The position numbers and the translations under genes are program-made. A DNA stretch of 64,000 nucleotides from an uncultured Gemmatimonadales bacterium (lineage in GTDB: Bacteria; Gemmatimonadota; Gemmatimonadetes; Gemmatimonadales; GWC2-71-9). Under the pieces are notes generated by a model. That model had not been told where the DNA came from, ran no database searches, and saw only the letters and a list, made by a program, of their open reading frames with translations. Shown here one piece after another: positions 46,890 through 56,631 of this stretch. The stretch spans positions 646,680 to 710,679 of the forward strand of contig CAWIXT010000006.1 in the NCBI GenBank assembly GCA_963840165.1, read 5' to 3'. Positions within the stretch are counted from its first letter, which is position 1. Every line of letters begins with the position of its first letter.

Positions 46890-48215
46890 CGCTGTTGCCA
46901 TAGCTCCACGAACGACAACCCCGGATTGCTCCAGCCAATCTGCAAAATCCGCCTGCGCCCGTTCGACCAGCAGCTGCTTTTTCCGGTCCTTCTTGATCTT
47001 CCCAGCCAGCGGGTCCAGCAACCCGAAGTTGGCATTCATGGGCTGGAAGTGCCTCGGATCTGCATCCCGGAGGTACCGGTACAATCCGCCGAGCATGGTG
47101 GTGGGCGGAGGCACGGCAACGGTCTGGCCCTGAAGCCGGCGGGCCAGGTTGATCCCCGCCATCAGGCCGGTGCCGAGCGACTCGGTGTAGCCCTCCACGC
47201 CGGTGATCTGGCCGGCGAAGAAGAGCCGGTCATCGTCCCGGGCGGTCAGGCCGGCCCCGAGACTCGCCGGACTGTTCAGGTACGAGTTCCGGTGGATGCT
47301 GCCGAACCGGAAGAACTCGGCTGACTCGAGCCCGGGAATCATCCGGAAGACCCGCTGCTGCTCGGGAATCCGGAGCCGGGTCTGGAAGCCGACCAGGTTC
47401 CACATCTGGCCAGCGCGGTCCTCTCGCCGGAGCTGAACCACGGCATGCGGCTCGCGGCCGGTACGAGGATCGGTCAGGCCGACCGGCTTCATGGGACCGA
47501 ATCGCAGCGTCTCCCGTCCGCGACGCGCCATCTCCTCGACCGGCAGGCATCCCTCGAAGTACGGCGCTTCGTCGAACGAGTGTCCCTGGTGCTGATCCGC
47601 CTCCAGCAACGCTTCCAGGAACCGATTGTACGAATCGGCATCCATGGGCGCGTTGAGGTAGTCGTCGCCATCGCCCTTGCCGTAGCGCGAGAGCGGATAG
47701 AGCCGGTCGTGATCCAGCGAATCGGCCGACACGACCGGAGCGATGGCATCGTAGAACGCCAGCGCCGACGAGCCCAGCCGGGCCGTCATCGCCTGGGTGA
47801 ACCGCTCCGAGGTCAGCGGCCCCGTGGCGACCACGCCGGGCGAGGGGAGCTGGGTCACTTCCTCGCGCACAACGGTGATGTTGGGATGGGCGGTGACCCG
47901 GTCGTGCACGGCGCGGGAGAACAGCTCCCGGTCCACCGCCAGGGCGCTGCCGGCCGGCACGCGCGCCGCATCGGCGCAGGGAAGCAGGATGCTGCCCAGG
48001 GTGCGCAGCTCGGCCTTCAGCAGGCCGTGCGCGTTGGTGAGCTCGATGGATTTGAAGGAGTTACTGCAGACCAGCTCGGCGAGACGATCGGTGTGGTGGG
48101 CCGGTGTGCGGATGCCCGGCCGCATCTCGTACAGCGTGACGCGAATGTCTCGCTCCGCCAGCGCCCATGCCGCTTCCGAACCGGCCAGGCCTCCGCCGAC
48201 GACCGTAGCCTTCAC
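46827..48215 (-). CDS. trmFO: Methylenetetrahydrofolate-tRNA-(uracil-5)-methyltransferase TrmFO (Gid)
   Basis: KATVVGGGLAGSEAAWALAERDIRVTLYEMRP.... The GTG start at 48215 overlaps the topA stop as GTGA. The ORF-track start at 48263 is judged less likely. Confidence 0.9.
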   Translation of the reverse strand: MKATVVGGGLAGSEAAWALAERDIRVTLYEMRPGIRTPAHHTDRLAELVCSNSFKSIELTNAHGLLKAELRTLGSILLPCADAARVPAGSALAVDRELFSRAVHDRVTAHPNITVVREEVTQLPSPGVVATGPLTSERFTQAMTARLGSSALAFYDAIAPVVSADSLDHDRLYPLSRYGKGDGDDYLNAPMDADSYNRFLEALLEADQHQGHSFDEAPYFEGCLPVEEMARRGRETLRFGPMKPVGLTDPRTGREPHAVVQLRREDRAGQMWNLVGFQTRLRIPEQQRVFRMIPGLESAEFFRFGSIHRNSYLNSPASLGAGLTARDDDRLFFAGQITGVEGYTESLGTGLMAGINLARRLQGQTVAVPPPTTMLGGLYRYLRDADPRHFQPMNANFGLLDPLAGKIKKDRKKQLLVERAQADFADWLEQSGVVVRGAMATAHHRGTENTEGSYRRGAHDIS

Positions 48216-50653
48216 GCCAGCGCCACCTCCTCCGGCTCGGCGACGACCACCCGGTGGCCGCACTTGAGGCAGGTGCGGCTCTCACCTTCGGCCTTGCTGA
48301 TCTTCTTCTCCATGCCGAGCCAGCCGCAGGCGGGGCAGGTCTCGGGCACCGGACGGTTCCAGGTCGAGAAATCGCACGCCGGATAGCGCAGACAGCCCCA
48401 GAACGACTTGCCGCGTTTGGTTCGCCGCTCGGTGAGATCTCCTTCGGCGCACTTGGGGCACTTGAGCCCCATAGAGATGGAGCGGGTGCCCTTGCATTTG
48501 GGGTAGGTGGTGCAGGCCAGGAACTCGCCGAACCGGCCGGTCTTGATGACCATTGCCGAGGCGCACAGATGGCATTTCTCGTCGCTGGGCCGATCGGGCA
48601 CCTTGTCCTTCTTGAGCGACTTCACGTAGTCGCAGCTGTCCTTGTACTTCACGCACGCGAGATAGGGACCGAAGCGGCCGGTCCGAAGCTCGATGGGAGA
48701 GCCGCATTTGGGACAGCGTTCCTTGGCCAGCTCCTCCGGCTTGAGGCCGTGCGCGTCCGCCACCAGGGCCTTCATGTCCACCGCGCCGAGCGCCTTGCTG
48801 AACGGCTCGTAGAAGTCGGCGAGCACTCGTTGCCAGGCAAGCTCCCCGTCCTCGATACGGTCGAGCTCGTTCTCCATGCCGGAGGTGAACTCGACGTTGA
48901 AGATCTCGGGAAACTTGCCGATCATGATCTTCTCCACCGTCTCTCCCAGACCGGTGGGGAAGAACCGACGCTGATCCACCCGCACGTACTCGCGGGCGGA
49001 CAGGGTCGAGATGATGGCGCTGTACGTGGACGGCCGCCCGATGCCGAGCCGCTCCAGCTCCTTGACCAGACTGGCCTCGGAGAATCGGGGCGGCGGCTCG
49101 GTAAAGTGCTGCGACGGAGTGATCTCGCGGACTTCGACCTGATCGCCCACTGCCAACGGCGGGATGGGGGGCAGATCGTCCATCGTCTTGCCCTCCTCCT
49201 TCTCACGTCCTTCGGTGTAGAGCACGTGATAACCGTCGAACACGAGGACCGAGCCGCTGGCGCGGAAGAGGTACTCACCCAGATCGAAGTCCACGATGGT
49301 CATGTCGTATACCGCCGGCGTCATCTGCGACGCGACGAAGCGCTGCCAGATCAGCTGGTAGAGCCGGTACTGGTCCGGCTCCAGATAGGATTGCACCTGC
49401 TCGGGGCGACGACTCACATCGGTGGGCCGGATAGCCTCGTGGGCGCCCTGAACTCTGGCGGCCTTCTTGGGCCGGTACAGGTTGGGTGACGGCGGCAGGT
49501 ATGCCTTGGCGTAGCTCTTCTTGATGAAGTCCCGTACCGAGGAGATGGCCGTCGCGGAGACCTCGGGCGAGTCGGTACGCATGTAGGTGATGAGACCCAC
49601 GGGCCCGTCCTCACCCACATCCTTTCCTTCATAGAGATCCTGGGCCGCGCGCATGGTGCGACGAGACGAGAAACCCAGCTTCTTGGCGGCCTCCTGCTGG
49701 AGCGTGCTGGTGGTGAACGGCGCAGCCGGATTCTTCTTCCGGTTGCGCTTTTCCACCTTGGAGACGATGAAGGGCCGAGGCCGGACCGCGTCCACCACCG
49801 CTCGGGCATCGGCCTCGGTCTGCAGCTGGGGCTTGTGACCCCCGACCTTGTGGAGACCGGCCTCGAAAGTCTGGCCATCCTTGGCGCAGAGCGCCTCGAT
49901 GGTCCAGTACTCCTGGGGAGTGAAAGCGCGAATCTCCCGCTCCCGCTCGACGATCAGCCGAAGCGCCACGGTCTGCACCCGGCCCGCGGACAGCCCGGTC
50001 TTGATGCTGTGCCAGAGGATGGGACTTGCCTTGTACCCGACCAATCGGTCGAGAATGCGGCGAGCCTGCTGCGCGTCCACCTTCCGGTCATCGATGCGCC
50101 CCGGTTGGCGCAGCGCTTCCTGGATGGCGTCCTTGGTGATCTCGTGAAACAGGATCCGGTGGATGGGGACTCCGGAGTTGAGCTGCTCGGCAACGTGCCA
50201 CGCGATGGCTTCGCCCTCGCGGTCAGGGTCGGTGGCCAGGAAGATGGCCGATGCTCCCTTGGCCGCTTTCTTGAGCTCGGCCAGCGTCTTGGTCTTGCCC
50301 TTGATGGTGACGTACTTCGGTTCGAACCCGCGCTCCACATCTACCCCCAACTCCCGGGTGGGCAGGTCCCTCACGTGGCCCACGGTGGCCTTCACGTCGT
50401 AGCCGGCGCCGAGATACTTCCCGATGGTCTTGGCCTTGGTGGGCGACTCGACGATCACGAGCGCAGTGCCGCCAGAGCGGCCCCCGGCCACGACGCCATC
50501 TCCGGCGGCCTTGGCCCGGCTGCGCTTGCGGGCAGGGGCCTTGGCGGCCGGGATGGTCCTCCCAGTTCCCTCCGGAGGATTCTTTCCCGCCTTTCCCGCC
50601 CCCTCGCGCTTGCTCGGGGCGTGCTTTCGCGCCTTCTTCGTACTCGTCGCCAT
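48212..50653 (-). CDS. topA: DNA topoisomerase I with C-terminal zinc-ribbon repeats
   Basis: Toprim LVIVESPTKAKTIGKYLG and active-site region ITYMRTDS. Four CxxC...CxxC modules lie at the C-terminus. Confidence 0.95.
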   Translation of the reverse strand: MATSTKKARKHAPSKREGAGKAGKNPPEGTGRTIPAAKAPARKRSRAKAAGDGVVAGGRSGGTALVIVESPTKAKTIGKYLGAGYDVKATVGHVRDLPTRELGVDVERGFEPKYVTIKGKTKTLAELKKAAKGASAIFLATDPDREGEAIAWHVAEQLNSGVPIHRILFHEITKDAIQEALRQPGRIDDRKVDAQQARRILDRLVGYKASPILWHSIKTGLSAGRVQTVALRLIVEREREIRAFTPQEYWTIEALCAKDGQTFEAGLHKVGGHKPQLQTEADARAVVDAVRPRPFIVSKVEKRNRKKNPAAPFTTSTLQQEAAKKLGFSSRRTMRAAQDLYEGKDVGEDGPVGLITYMRTDSPEVSATAISSVRDFIKKSYAKAYLPPSPNLYRPKKAARVQGAHEAIRPTDVSRRPEQVQSYLEPDQYRLYQLIWQRFVASQMTPAVYDMTIVDFDLGEYLFRASGSVLVFDGYHVLYTEGREKEEGKTMDDLPPIPPLAVGDQVEVREITPSQHFTEPPPRFSEASLVKELERLGIGRPSTYSAIISTLSAREYVRVDQRRFFPTGLGETVEKIMIGKFPEIFNVEFTSGMENELDRIEDGELAWQRVLADFYEPFSKALGAVDMKALVADAHGLKPEELAKERCPKCGSPIELRTGRFGPYLACVKYKDSCDYVKSLKKDKVPDRPSDEKCHLCASAMVIKTGRFGEFLACTTYPKCKGTRSISMGLKCPKCAEGDLTERRTKRGKSFWGCLRYPACDFSTWNRPVPETCPACGWLGMEKKISKAEGESRTCLKCGHRVVVAEPEEVALA

Positions 50654-50746
50654 ATCTACAGTGTAACCGCCTCGGTCATCAGGTGGTCAAAATCGAGAGG
50701 TGCAAGAAACCACGGCCCTGGTCCCCTTAGCAACCCAAGGCCACTG

Positions 50747-51265
50747 CTACCATCCGCCGTGCTGCCGCGCCAGCTCCAGAATCTGTGCGGCCACAGTCTC
50801 TGCCGGCCCCTGCTCCGCGTCGATCTGGTGCGGCGCCAGGCGGTAGAATTGCTCCCGTTCCTCCAGCAGCCCGCGCATTCGCTGGATCGGGTCCCCGCCG
50901 GCCAGCAACGGTCGGTCTTCCCCTTGCTGGCTCCGGTGGGCCGCGGTGTTGGGCAAGCATCTGAGATACACGACCAGGCTGGAGCCCAATGACGCTTCGA
51001 GCTGTCCCGGTTGGGCCGCCCAGCCGCCCCCCGGCACGATGACTCCGGGATTCCCGCCCTGGGCCGCATTCACCGCGTCACGCTCCATCTCACGAAAGCG
51101 GGTCTCGCCGACCATGCCGAAAATCTGGCTGATCGGCATCCCCATCTCGCGCACCAGCAGGCCGTCAATGTCGATGAGTGGCGCAGGCAGCCCGTCGGCC
51201 ACCAGTCGTCCTACCGTGCTCTTCCCGGATCCGGGTAGGCCGACCAGCAGGACGTGGCGGGGCAT
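50747..51265 (-). CDS. aroK: Shikimate kinase
   Basis: VLLVGLPGSGKSTVGRLVA.... Confidence 0.9.
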   Translation of the reverse strand: MPRHVLLVGLPGSGKSTVGRLVADGLPAPLIDIDGLLVREMGMPISQIFGMVGETRFREMERDAVNAAQGGNPGVIVPGGGWAAQPGQLEASLGSSLVVYLRCLPNTAAHRSQQGEDRPLLAGGDPIQRMRGLLEEREQFYRLAPHQIDAEQGPAETVAAQILELARQHGGW

Positions 51266-52500
51266 CAGCTGTCGGAGGTATCCGCGACGGAATGCCAGCG
51301 GGAGCCGAGGGCCGCAACGTAACCGCCATAGTTGCGTCGCATTTCGGTCAGAGAGTCGCCGCCGAACTTTTCCAGCATGGCGTCGGCGACCACCAGTGCC
51401 ACCAGGGCTTCGGCGATCACGCCCATGGCGGGGACTGCGGTGACATCGGACCGCTCACTCACGGCTTTGGCCGGCTCCCCCGATCTGAGGTCCACCGTGG
51501 GCAGGGGGGACATCAGGGTGGCAATCGGCTTCATTGCTACCTTAACAACGATGGGTTCCCCGGTGGTGATGCCGCCCTCGAGACCCCCGGCATTATTGCT
51601 CGTTCTGCGAAATCCGCCGCGGATGTCGCCTTTCCCGCTTACCCGCTTACCCGCTTCCCCGCTGACAATCGGATCATGGACCTCCGATCCCGGACGGCGC
51701 GCCGCTTCGAACCCCATGCCGATTTCGACGCCCTTCACCGCAGGGATGGACATCAGCATGCCGGCCAGCCGCCCGTCCAGCTTTCGGTCCCAGCTCACGT
51801 GGCTGCCCAGCCCCACAACGACTCCGCGCGCCACGACCTCAACTTCGCCGCCGAGGGTGTCCCCGGCTTTCTTGGCCGCGTCGATCCGGTGGATGATCGC
51901 TGCCTCGGCCGCGGGATCGAGCACCCGTACCTCCGACCGATCGGACGCGGGATTGAGCGGTACCGGGAGTGCGCCGCTGACGTTGACCCGAACGCCCCCG
52001 AGCGAGATGACATGGCTTCCGATCTCCACGCCGAATTCATCCAGCAGCCGCTTGGCCAGGGCACCGGCGGCGACGCGGGCGGTGGTCTCCCGGGCGCTGG
52101 CGCGCTCCAGGATGTCTCGTCCATCGATCCGGTCGTATTTGAGCACCCCGGCCAGATCGGCGTGCCCGGGGCGCGGCCGGGTGACCCGCCGGCGTCGAAT
52201 TTCTCCCGGTGGATCCGAGCCCTCGTAGGCCATGACGTCCTCCCAATTGGTCCAGTCTCGATTGGGGATCAGCATCGCCACCGGAGAGCCCAGCGTCTCG
52301 CCGGCCCGAAGTCCCGAGAGCCATTCGATCCGGTCCCGCTCGATCTTCATCCGGGCCCCCCGACCATAGCCCTGCATCCGCCGGGCAAGCTCGTGGTCGA
52401 CCCAGTCAGCTGTGATGGGCAGGCCAGCCGGCAGGCCCTCGACGATCGCGACGAGTGCCTTGCCATGGGATTCGCCGGCAGTGGTGAAGCGGAGTGTCAC
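51265..52500 (-). CDS. aroC: Chorismate synthase, carrying a repeat-encoded in-frame insertion
   Basis: MTLRFTTAGESHGKALVAIVEGLPAG...RPGHADLAG...NNAGGLEGGITTGEPI. The insertion SGEAGKRVSGKG sits at the octamer array. Confidence 0.9.
   Translation of the reverse strand: MTLRFTTAGESHGKALVAIVEGLPAGLPITADWVDHELARRMQGYGRGARMKIERDRIEWLSGLRAGETLGSPVAMLIPNRDWTNWEDVMAYEGSDPPGEIRRRRVTRPRPGHADLAGVLKYDRIDGRDILERASARETTARVAAGALAKRLLDEFGVEIGSHVISLGGVRVNVSGALPVPLNPASDRSEVRVLDPAAEAAIIHRIDAAKKAGDTLGGEVEVVARGVVVGLGSHVSWDRKLDGRLAGMLMSIPAVKGVEIGMGFEAARRPGSEVHDPIVSGEAGKRVSGKGDIRGGFRRTSNNAGGLEGGITTGEPIVVKVAMKPIATLMSPLPTVDLRSGEPAKAVSERSDVTAVPAMGVIAEALVALVVADAMLEKFGGDSLTEMRRNYGGYVAALGSRWHSVADTSDS
51634..51665. repeat. 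Four tandem octamers (CCCGCTTA, CCCGCTTA, CCCGCTTC, CCCGCTGA) inside aroC
   Basis: Read directly from the sequence. The word is the same as in the intergenic hairpin at 45081-45129. Confidence 0.85.
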
Positions 52501-52545
52501 GACAAGGTCCTTGGAAGAAGGTCTGCCCTCGCCGGATACTAACGA

Positions 52546-52571
52546 ACGAGCCCGGCTCGCGCCGGGCTCGT
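52546..52571 (-). terminator. Stem-loop (11-bp stem) between pilQ and aroC
   Basis: ACGAGCCCGGC-tcgc-GCCGGGCTCGT. The U-tract is weak. Confidence 0.45.
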
Positions 52572-52596
52572 CCTATCTCATGAAACGTCTGCCGGG

Positions 52597-54357
52597 TCAC
52601 TGCGGCAGGGCGCCGTCGTCGATGATCCGGGGCGTCACCAAGATAATCAGGTCGCGCCGGGTTTCTTCGGTCTTGCTGAAGGCGAACAGCTTGCCGATGA
52701 TCGGCAGGCCGGAGAGCAGCGGGATACCCGAGCGGCTGTTGGTAACCTCGGTTACGGTCAGGCCGCCTATGACTGCGGTCTCGCCATCGTTGACCAGGAG
52801 CTGGTTGTCGGCCCGCTGGGTCTGGAACACGAAGCCCAGGTCCGTGGCGGTGACTTCCTGAATCGCCGATCTCTCGGTGTGCAGCTCCATGGCGATCTGA
52901 CGGTTGCTGGTGACATGCGGCGTCACGGTCAGCCGGATGCCGGTCTCCTTGAACTGCACCGTCGCGGTCGCGGTCGCACCGGTACCACCGGCGTCGACCA
53001 CACGGACCGGGGTTTCCTCGCCGACGAGGATGTCGGCCTTCCGGTTATCCAGCGTCGTGATGACCGGCTCGGCCTGGATGTCGGAGAGATCCTGCCGCTC
53101 TAGGGCGCTGAGGAACGACGTCAAGGTAAATCCGCCCAGTGCCGTGGAGAAAACCAGGTCGAGCGCCGAGCCCACGATCGTGCCGCTCGCGTTGCCGATG
53201 GCGGAGACGGTATTGCCACCGAGGTCCACGATGTTCACGTCGGGATCATAGGTGGCGCCAGCCGTCCCGTTGGGATCGGGCCGCTGCACCAGCTTGTTGA
53301 AGAACTGGTTGTTGCTGCCCAGATCGTACTTGATGCCGAGCTCCTCTATGTCGGTCCGATCCACGAACACGATCTTGGCCTTGATCGACACCTGCGGCGT
53401 CCGGATATCCAGGCCCCGCACGAATTCGGCGATGTTGGCCACCTTGCTCCGCGTGTCGGTAATGATCAGCGAGTTGGTGTTGTCGTCGGCGATGACCTTG
53501 CCACGACCCTTGGTCAGGCTGCCCTCGATACTCTTGGTGAGGTCTTTCGCCTTGCCGTAGTTGATGCGGACCACATTGGTCTCGAGCGGCTCGAGGGAAT
53601 CGAGCGCCGCCAGGACCGACGGGGCATCGACCCGGATGATGCCGCCGGGCATCTCCTGAGCGGAGAGGCCCTGAGAAGCCAGGATCGCCTGGAACGCCTG
53701 CGGCCAGGGCTGATTCTTCACCTCGGCCGTCACCTCACCCGTAATGCCCTTGCCGAGGATGATGGTCCGGCCGCTGAAGGCGGCGAAGCCCGCAACCACG
53801 TCGGCCACATTGGCACGGTCCCACACCACCGTGATTCGGGGCTCCTCGGAGGTCGCCCGGGTCAGGCGGGAGGCCGGCAGCTGAACCTCCGGCTGCCGCT
53901 GGGCCTTGGCCCGCGCCACCGGCTGGGCCGCGTCGTTCGACGACCAGGCCAGGAACGAATGGTCGGTACCGAACGAGACCCGGATGGCGTCCGTGCCGCG
54001 CTCTACGTGATAGTCCTTGGCCTGGTCGAGCTCAAGGACGATCCGGACCACGTCGCGGTCGAACTGCGAGTAGCGGACGTTGAGCACGCCACCGCGCTTG
54101 ACACCATCGTACAGGTTGATCGATTTACCCTTCAGGCGGGCGCCCATTACATCGAGCACCAGCCGGTCCGGGCCCTGGAGCATGAAGTCGCGGACCTCGA
54201 CCGCGCCGCGCACGTTGATCACGATGTCGGCACGTCCGGGTGAAGCCTGGACGCTGACGCCCGTGACCTCTCCGCTCGCGGGGCCGTCGGCGAGTGCCGC
54301 AGAGGGCACTCCGAAGACCGCGGCAGTGGCGAGCACTAGGCGATACAATCGGGTCAT
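52597..54357 (-). CDS. pilQ: Type IV pilus secretin PilQ (AMIN domain plus secretin)
   Basis: Signal peptide, AMIN-like N-terminus, and secretin C-terminus ...GGLTVTEVTNSRSGIPLLSGLPIIGKLF...ILVTPRII. Confidence 0.9.
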   Translation of the reverse strand: MTRLYRLVLATAAVFGVPSAALADGPASGEVTGVSVQASPGRADIVINVRGAVEVRDFMLQGPDRLVLDVMGARLKGKSINLYDGVKRGGVLNVRYSQFDRDVVRIVLELDQAKDYHVERGTDAIRVSFGTDHSFLAWSSNDAAQPVARAKAQRQPEVQLPASRLTRATSEEPRITVVWDRANVADVVAGFAAFSGRTIILGKGITGEVTAEVKNQPWPQAFQAILASQGLSAQEMPGGIIRVDAPSVLAALDSLEPLETNVVRINYGKAKDLTKSIEGSLTKGRGKVIADDNTNSLIITDTRSKVANIAEFVRGLDIRTPQVSIKAKIVFVDRTDIEELGIKYDLGSNNQFFNKLVQRPDPNGTAGATYDPDVNIVDLGGNTVSAIGNASGTIVGSALDLVFSTALGGFTLTSFLSALERQDLSDIQAEPVITTLDNRKADILVGEETPVRVVDAGGTGATATATVQFKETGIRLTVTPHVTSNRQIAMELHTERSAIQEVTATDLGFVFQTQRADNQLLVNDGETAVIGGLTVTEVTNSRSGIPLLSGLPIIGKLFAFSKTEETRRDLIILVTPRIIDDGALPQ

Positions 54358-55253
54358 GGGATTACGTCCTCCTGCTTCCTGAGCGAAAGGGTTTCCTGAC
54401 GTTCAAAGCCGAAGTCCTCGATCATGAACACCACGTCACGTTCACGGATCTGCACTACCCGGGAGCGGCCCAGCTGATCGCCGGCCCGCAGCTTGTGACG
54501 CTTACCGCCCTCTCTCTCCCGGAACACAGCCACACTGGCGGAAGGAGACCGCATGTTCTGATAGATCCCGACCAGCTGAAGGTCGGCAACTTCGGGACCC
54601 GCCTTCGCCATGTTCAACAGCGAGTTGAACGGATCGCGGGTGGAGCCGGAGTACGCGAACGTCTCGCGCGACATTTCGGTTTCCCTGGCCTTCTCGATCG
54701 AGTCGGCGGCGGCCGCCGAGTCCATGGCCGGAGCCACCGTCGGGAAGCGGGCTGTGTCCTTCACCGCGACCGCGGGGACCGCTTTGGCGCTGTCGGTGGC
54801 GACCGGCGGCGCATTGGCCGCGGCGACCGTGGTCTTCGGCATCGAGTCGCCAGCCAGCGCCTTCCTGGCGGCGGAATCGATCGCGGCGATCGTCATGGGC
54901 GCCTGGGCGTCCGACCCGCAGATCGACTGGGCCTGCGCCGCGATCAGCTCCTCGGAGGGCTTCGGAGGGGCCTTGCGCGGCTTCGGCTTGCCTTTGACGT
55001 TCTTGACCGCGATGGCCGGCTTGACCAGCTCGGCGCGGACCGAGTCCACGCAGGCCGCAAAACGGACCTGGGCGAGCGAGTCGGCAGCGCGGCGGGCCTT
55101 GCGAAGGCTGTCGGTGCGGATGCGCAAGGCAGCGGCGCGTACCTCAGCCTCCTTGGCCTTCTTGTTTCCCACGAACGGCAGGTTGTCGAGCTGGGAGCAC
55201 CCCGACAGGGCCACGGCCGCCAGGAGAGCGAGACCGAAGGCGTTACGAGCCAC
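54354..55253 (-). CDS. pilP: Pilus assembly lipoprotein PilP with a long low-complexity linker
   Basis: Lipobox VALSGC. C-terminal PilP-like domain RDPFNSLL...LQLVGIYQ...AVF...KLRAGDQLG...VVQIRERDVVF. Position between pilO and pilQ. Confidence 0.75.
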   Translation of the reverse strand: MARNAFGLALLAAVALSGCSQLDNLPFVGNKKAKEAEVRAAALRIRTDSLRKARRAADSLAQVRFAACVDSVRAELVKPAIAVKNVKGKPKPRKAPPKPSEELIAAQAQSICGSDAQAPMTIAAIDSAARKALAGDSMPKTTVAAANAPPVATDSAKAVPAVAVKDTARFPTVAPAMDSAAAADSIEKARETEMSRETFAYSGSTRDPFNSLLNMAKAGPEVADLQLVGIYQNMRSPSASVAVFREREGGKRHKLRAGDQLGRSRVVQIRERDVVFMIEDFGFERQETLSLRKQEDVIP

Positions 55254-55872
55254 TGGCCCCTCCTTCCTGGGTGGGAGACTTCACATACGTCCGGATCTGG
55301 AACCGGGCCTCGAGCAGCGAACCGGTGCTGTCCCCCAGCGCCTTGGCCGCGGAGGCGTTGGCCGAGGCTACCGAGAGGTTGTAGGGCACGATGATCCGCT
55401 GCAGGCTGGCCACGTCGGCCATGAACTGACCGATGTGATCGTACTTTCCAATGACCGACATGTTGTACGTATAAGTGTCGAACGGCGCCGGACCGGGCTC
55501 GACCGGTTGTGGCACAACCTGCGACAGCGTCACCCCGCGGATCTTGCTGCGGGTGGAGATATCGTCCAGCAGGTTGGGAACCTCGTTGCGCTCCGGCACC
55601 AGCCGACGCAGCAGCATCAGGTTGGAGCGATAGCTCTCCAGGCGCTTCCGCACATCGGCGACGCTTCCCCGCGCCAGTTCCTTCTTGGCGCTGTCGGTCG
55701 CGGCCTCGAACTGCGTGATGCTGTCGCGCACCGCCACCACCCGTTGCTTCCCGGCTGCCAGGCCTTTGAAGCCGATCATGTCGATGACGGCTCCGGTGTA
55801 TGCGCAATACCCCACCATTCCCGCCAGCATCAGGGCGAGGAGCGGAGCCGCTTTCTCGTTCGAGATTGCCAT
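55243..55872 (-). CDS. pilO: Pilus assembly protein PilO
   Basis: Single TM followed by a coiled coil. Gene order pilM-N-O-P-Q. Confidence 0.75.
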   Translation of the reverse strand: MAISNEKAAPLLALMLAGMVGYCAYTGAVIDMIGFKGLAAGKQRVVAVRDSITQFEAATDSAKKELARGSVADVRKRLESYRSNLMLLRRLVPERNEVPNLLDDISTRSKIRGVTLSQVVPQPVEPGPAPFDTYTYNMSVIGKYDHIGQFMADVASLQRIIVPYNLSVASANASAAKALGDSTGSLLEARFQIRTYVKSPTQEGGASGS

Positions 55873-55879
55873 GGCTATC

Positions 55880-56608
55880 TCACCTCACCGACTGGCTGAA
55901 GGGAGCGGTGCGAATGTAGGCCGAGTCGGCCGGGTGGTACGATGCCCGAATGCTGAAGGCCGTCACCGGCCGTTCCTTTTCCACCACCGTTTGGGCCGAA
56001 ACCGGCGTCACGTTATGGATCCAGGGCGAGGCTTCCAGCTGGCGCAGAAACCGGGTGTACGCCTGGATATCGATGGTGCGGCCGTTCAGCGTGAACACCA
56101 GCTCGGGCCGCTGGGCACTGTCCGCAGCCTCGGCTGCCGCTCCTGCTGCGGGCTGGCCGCGCGGGGCCGGGGGCGGCGCGGCTGCAGGAGCCGCCGGACC
56201 CATGTCGACCAGCCAGGTGTACGCGGGAAGCGCCTTGGTCACTTCGTCCATAACGTGAGGCCAGATGTAGCGGTCGCCATCGACATTTCTGATGATGGTG
56301 ATTTGGGCGAGCAGCGAGTCGCGAATCTTCTCCTGCCGGCGCTTGTCGGCCAGGAATGTCTTGAAGCGGCGGTTCTCGCTGCGGGCCTGCTCCAGCCGGG
56401 GCTCCAGGCTGTAGAGCTGGCGGATGTTGTTCAGGTATACGAAGGCCAGGAAGCCGAGCACGCAAACCCAGCCCGCCACCGCGCCCATCAGGAGCGGATC
56501 CTTCACCCGGGTGCCCAGGTCCTGGAAGACGACCAGCAGACCTTTCAGATTGAGAGGCGAGCCGGACCGCTTGCGACGTTTACCGGGTCGGAGATTGACG
56601 GTGATCAT
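55880..56608 (-). CDS. pilN: Pilus assembly protein PilN
   Basis: MITVNLRPGKRR N-terminal motif followed by a TM helix. Supported by gene order. Confidence 0.75.
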   Translation of the reverse strand: MITVNLRPGKRRKRSGSPLNLKGLLVVFQDLGTRVKDPLLMGAVAGWVCVLGFLAFVYLNNIRQLYSLEPRLEQARSENRRFKTFLADKRRQEKIRDSLLAQITIIRNVDGDRYIWPHVMDEVTKALPAYTWLVDMGPAAPAAAPPPAPRGQPAAGAAAEAADSAQRPELVFTLNGRTIDIQAYTRFLRQLEASPWIHNVTPVSAQTVVEKERPVTAFSIRASYHPADSAYIRTAPFSQSVR

Positions 56609-56631
56609 CTGATAACGGGTCCTGGTCGGGG

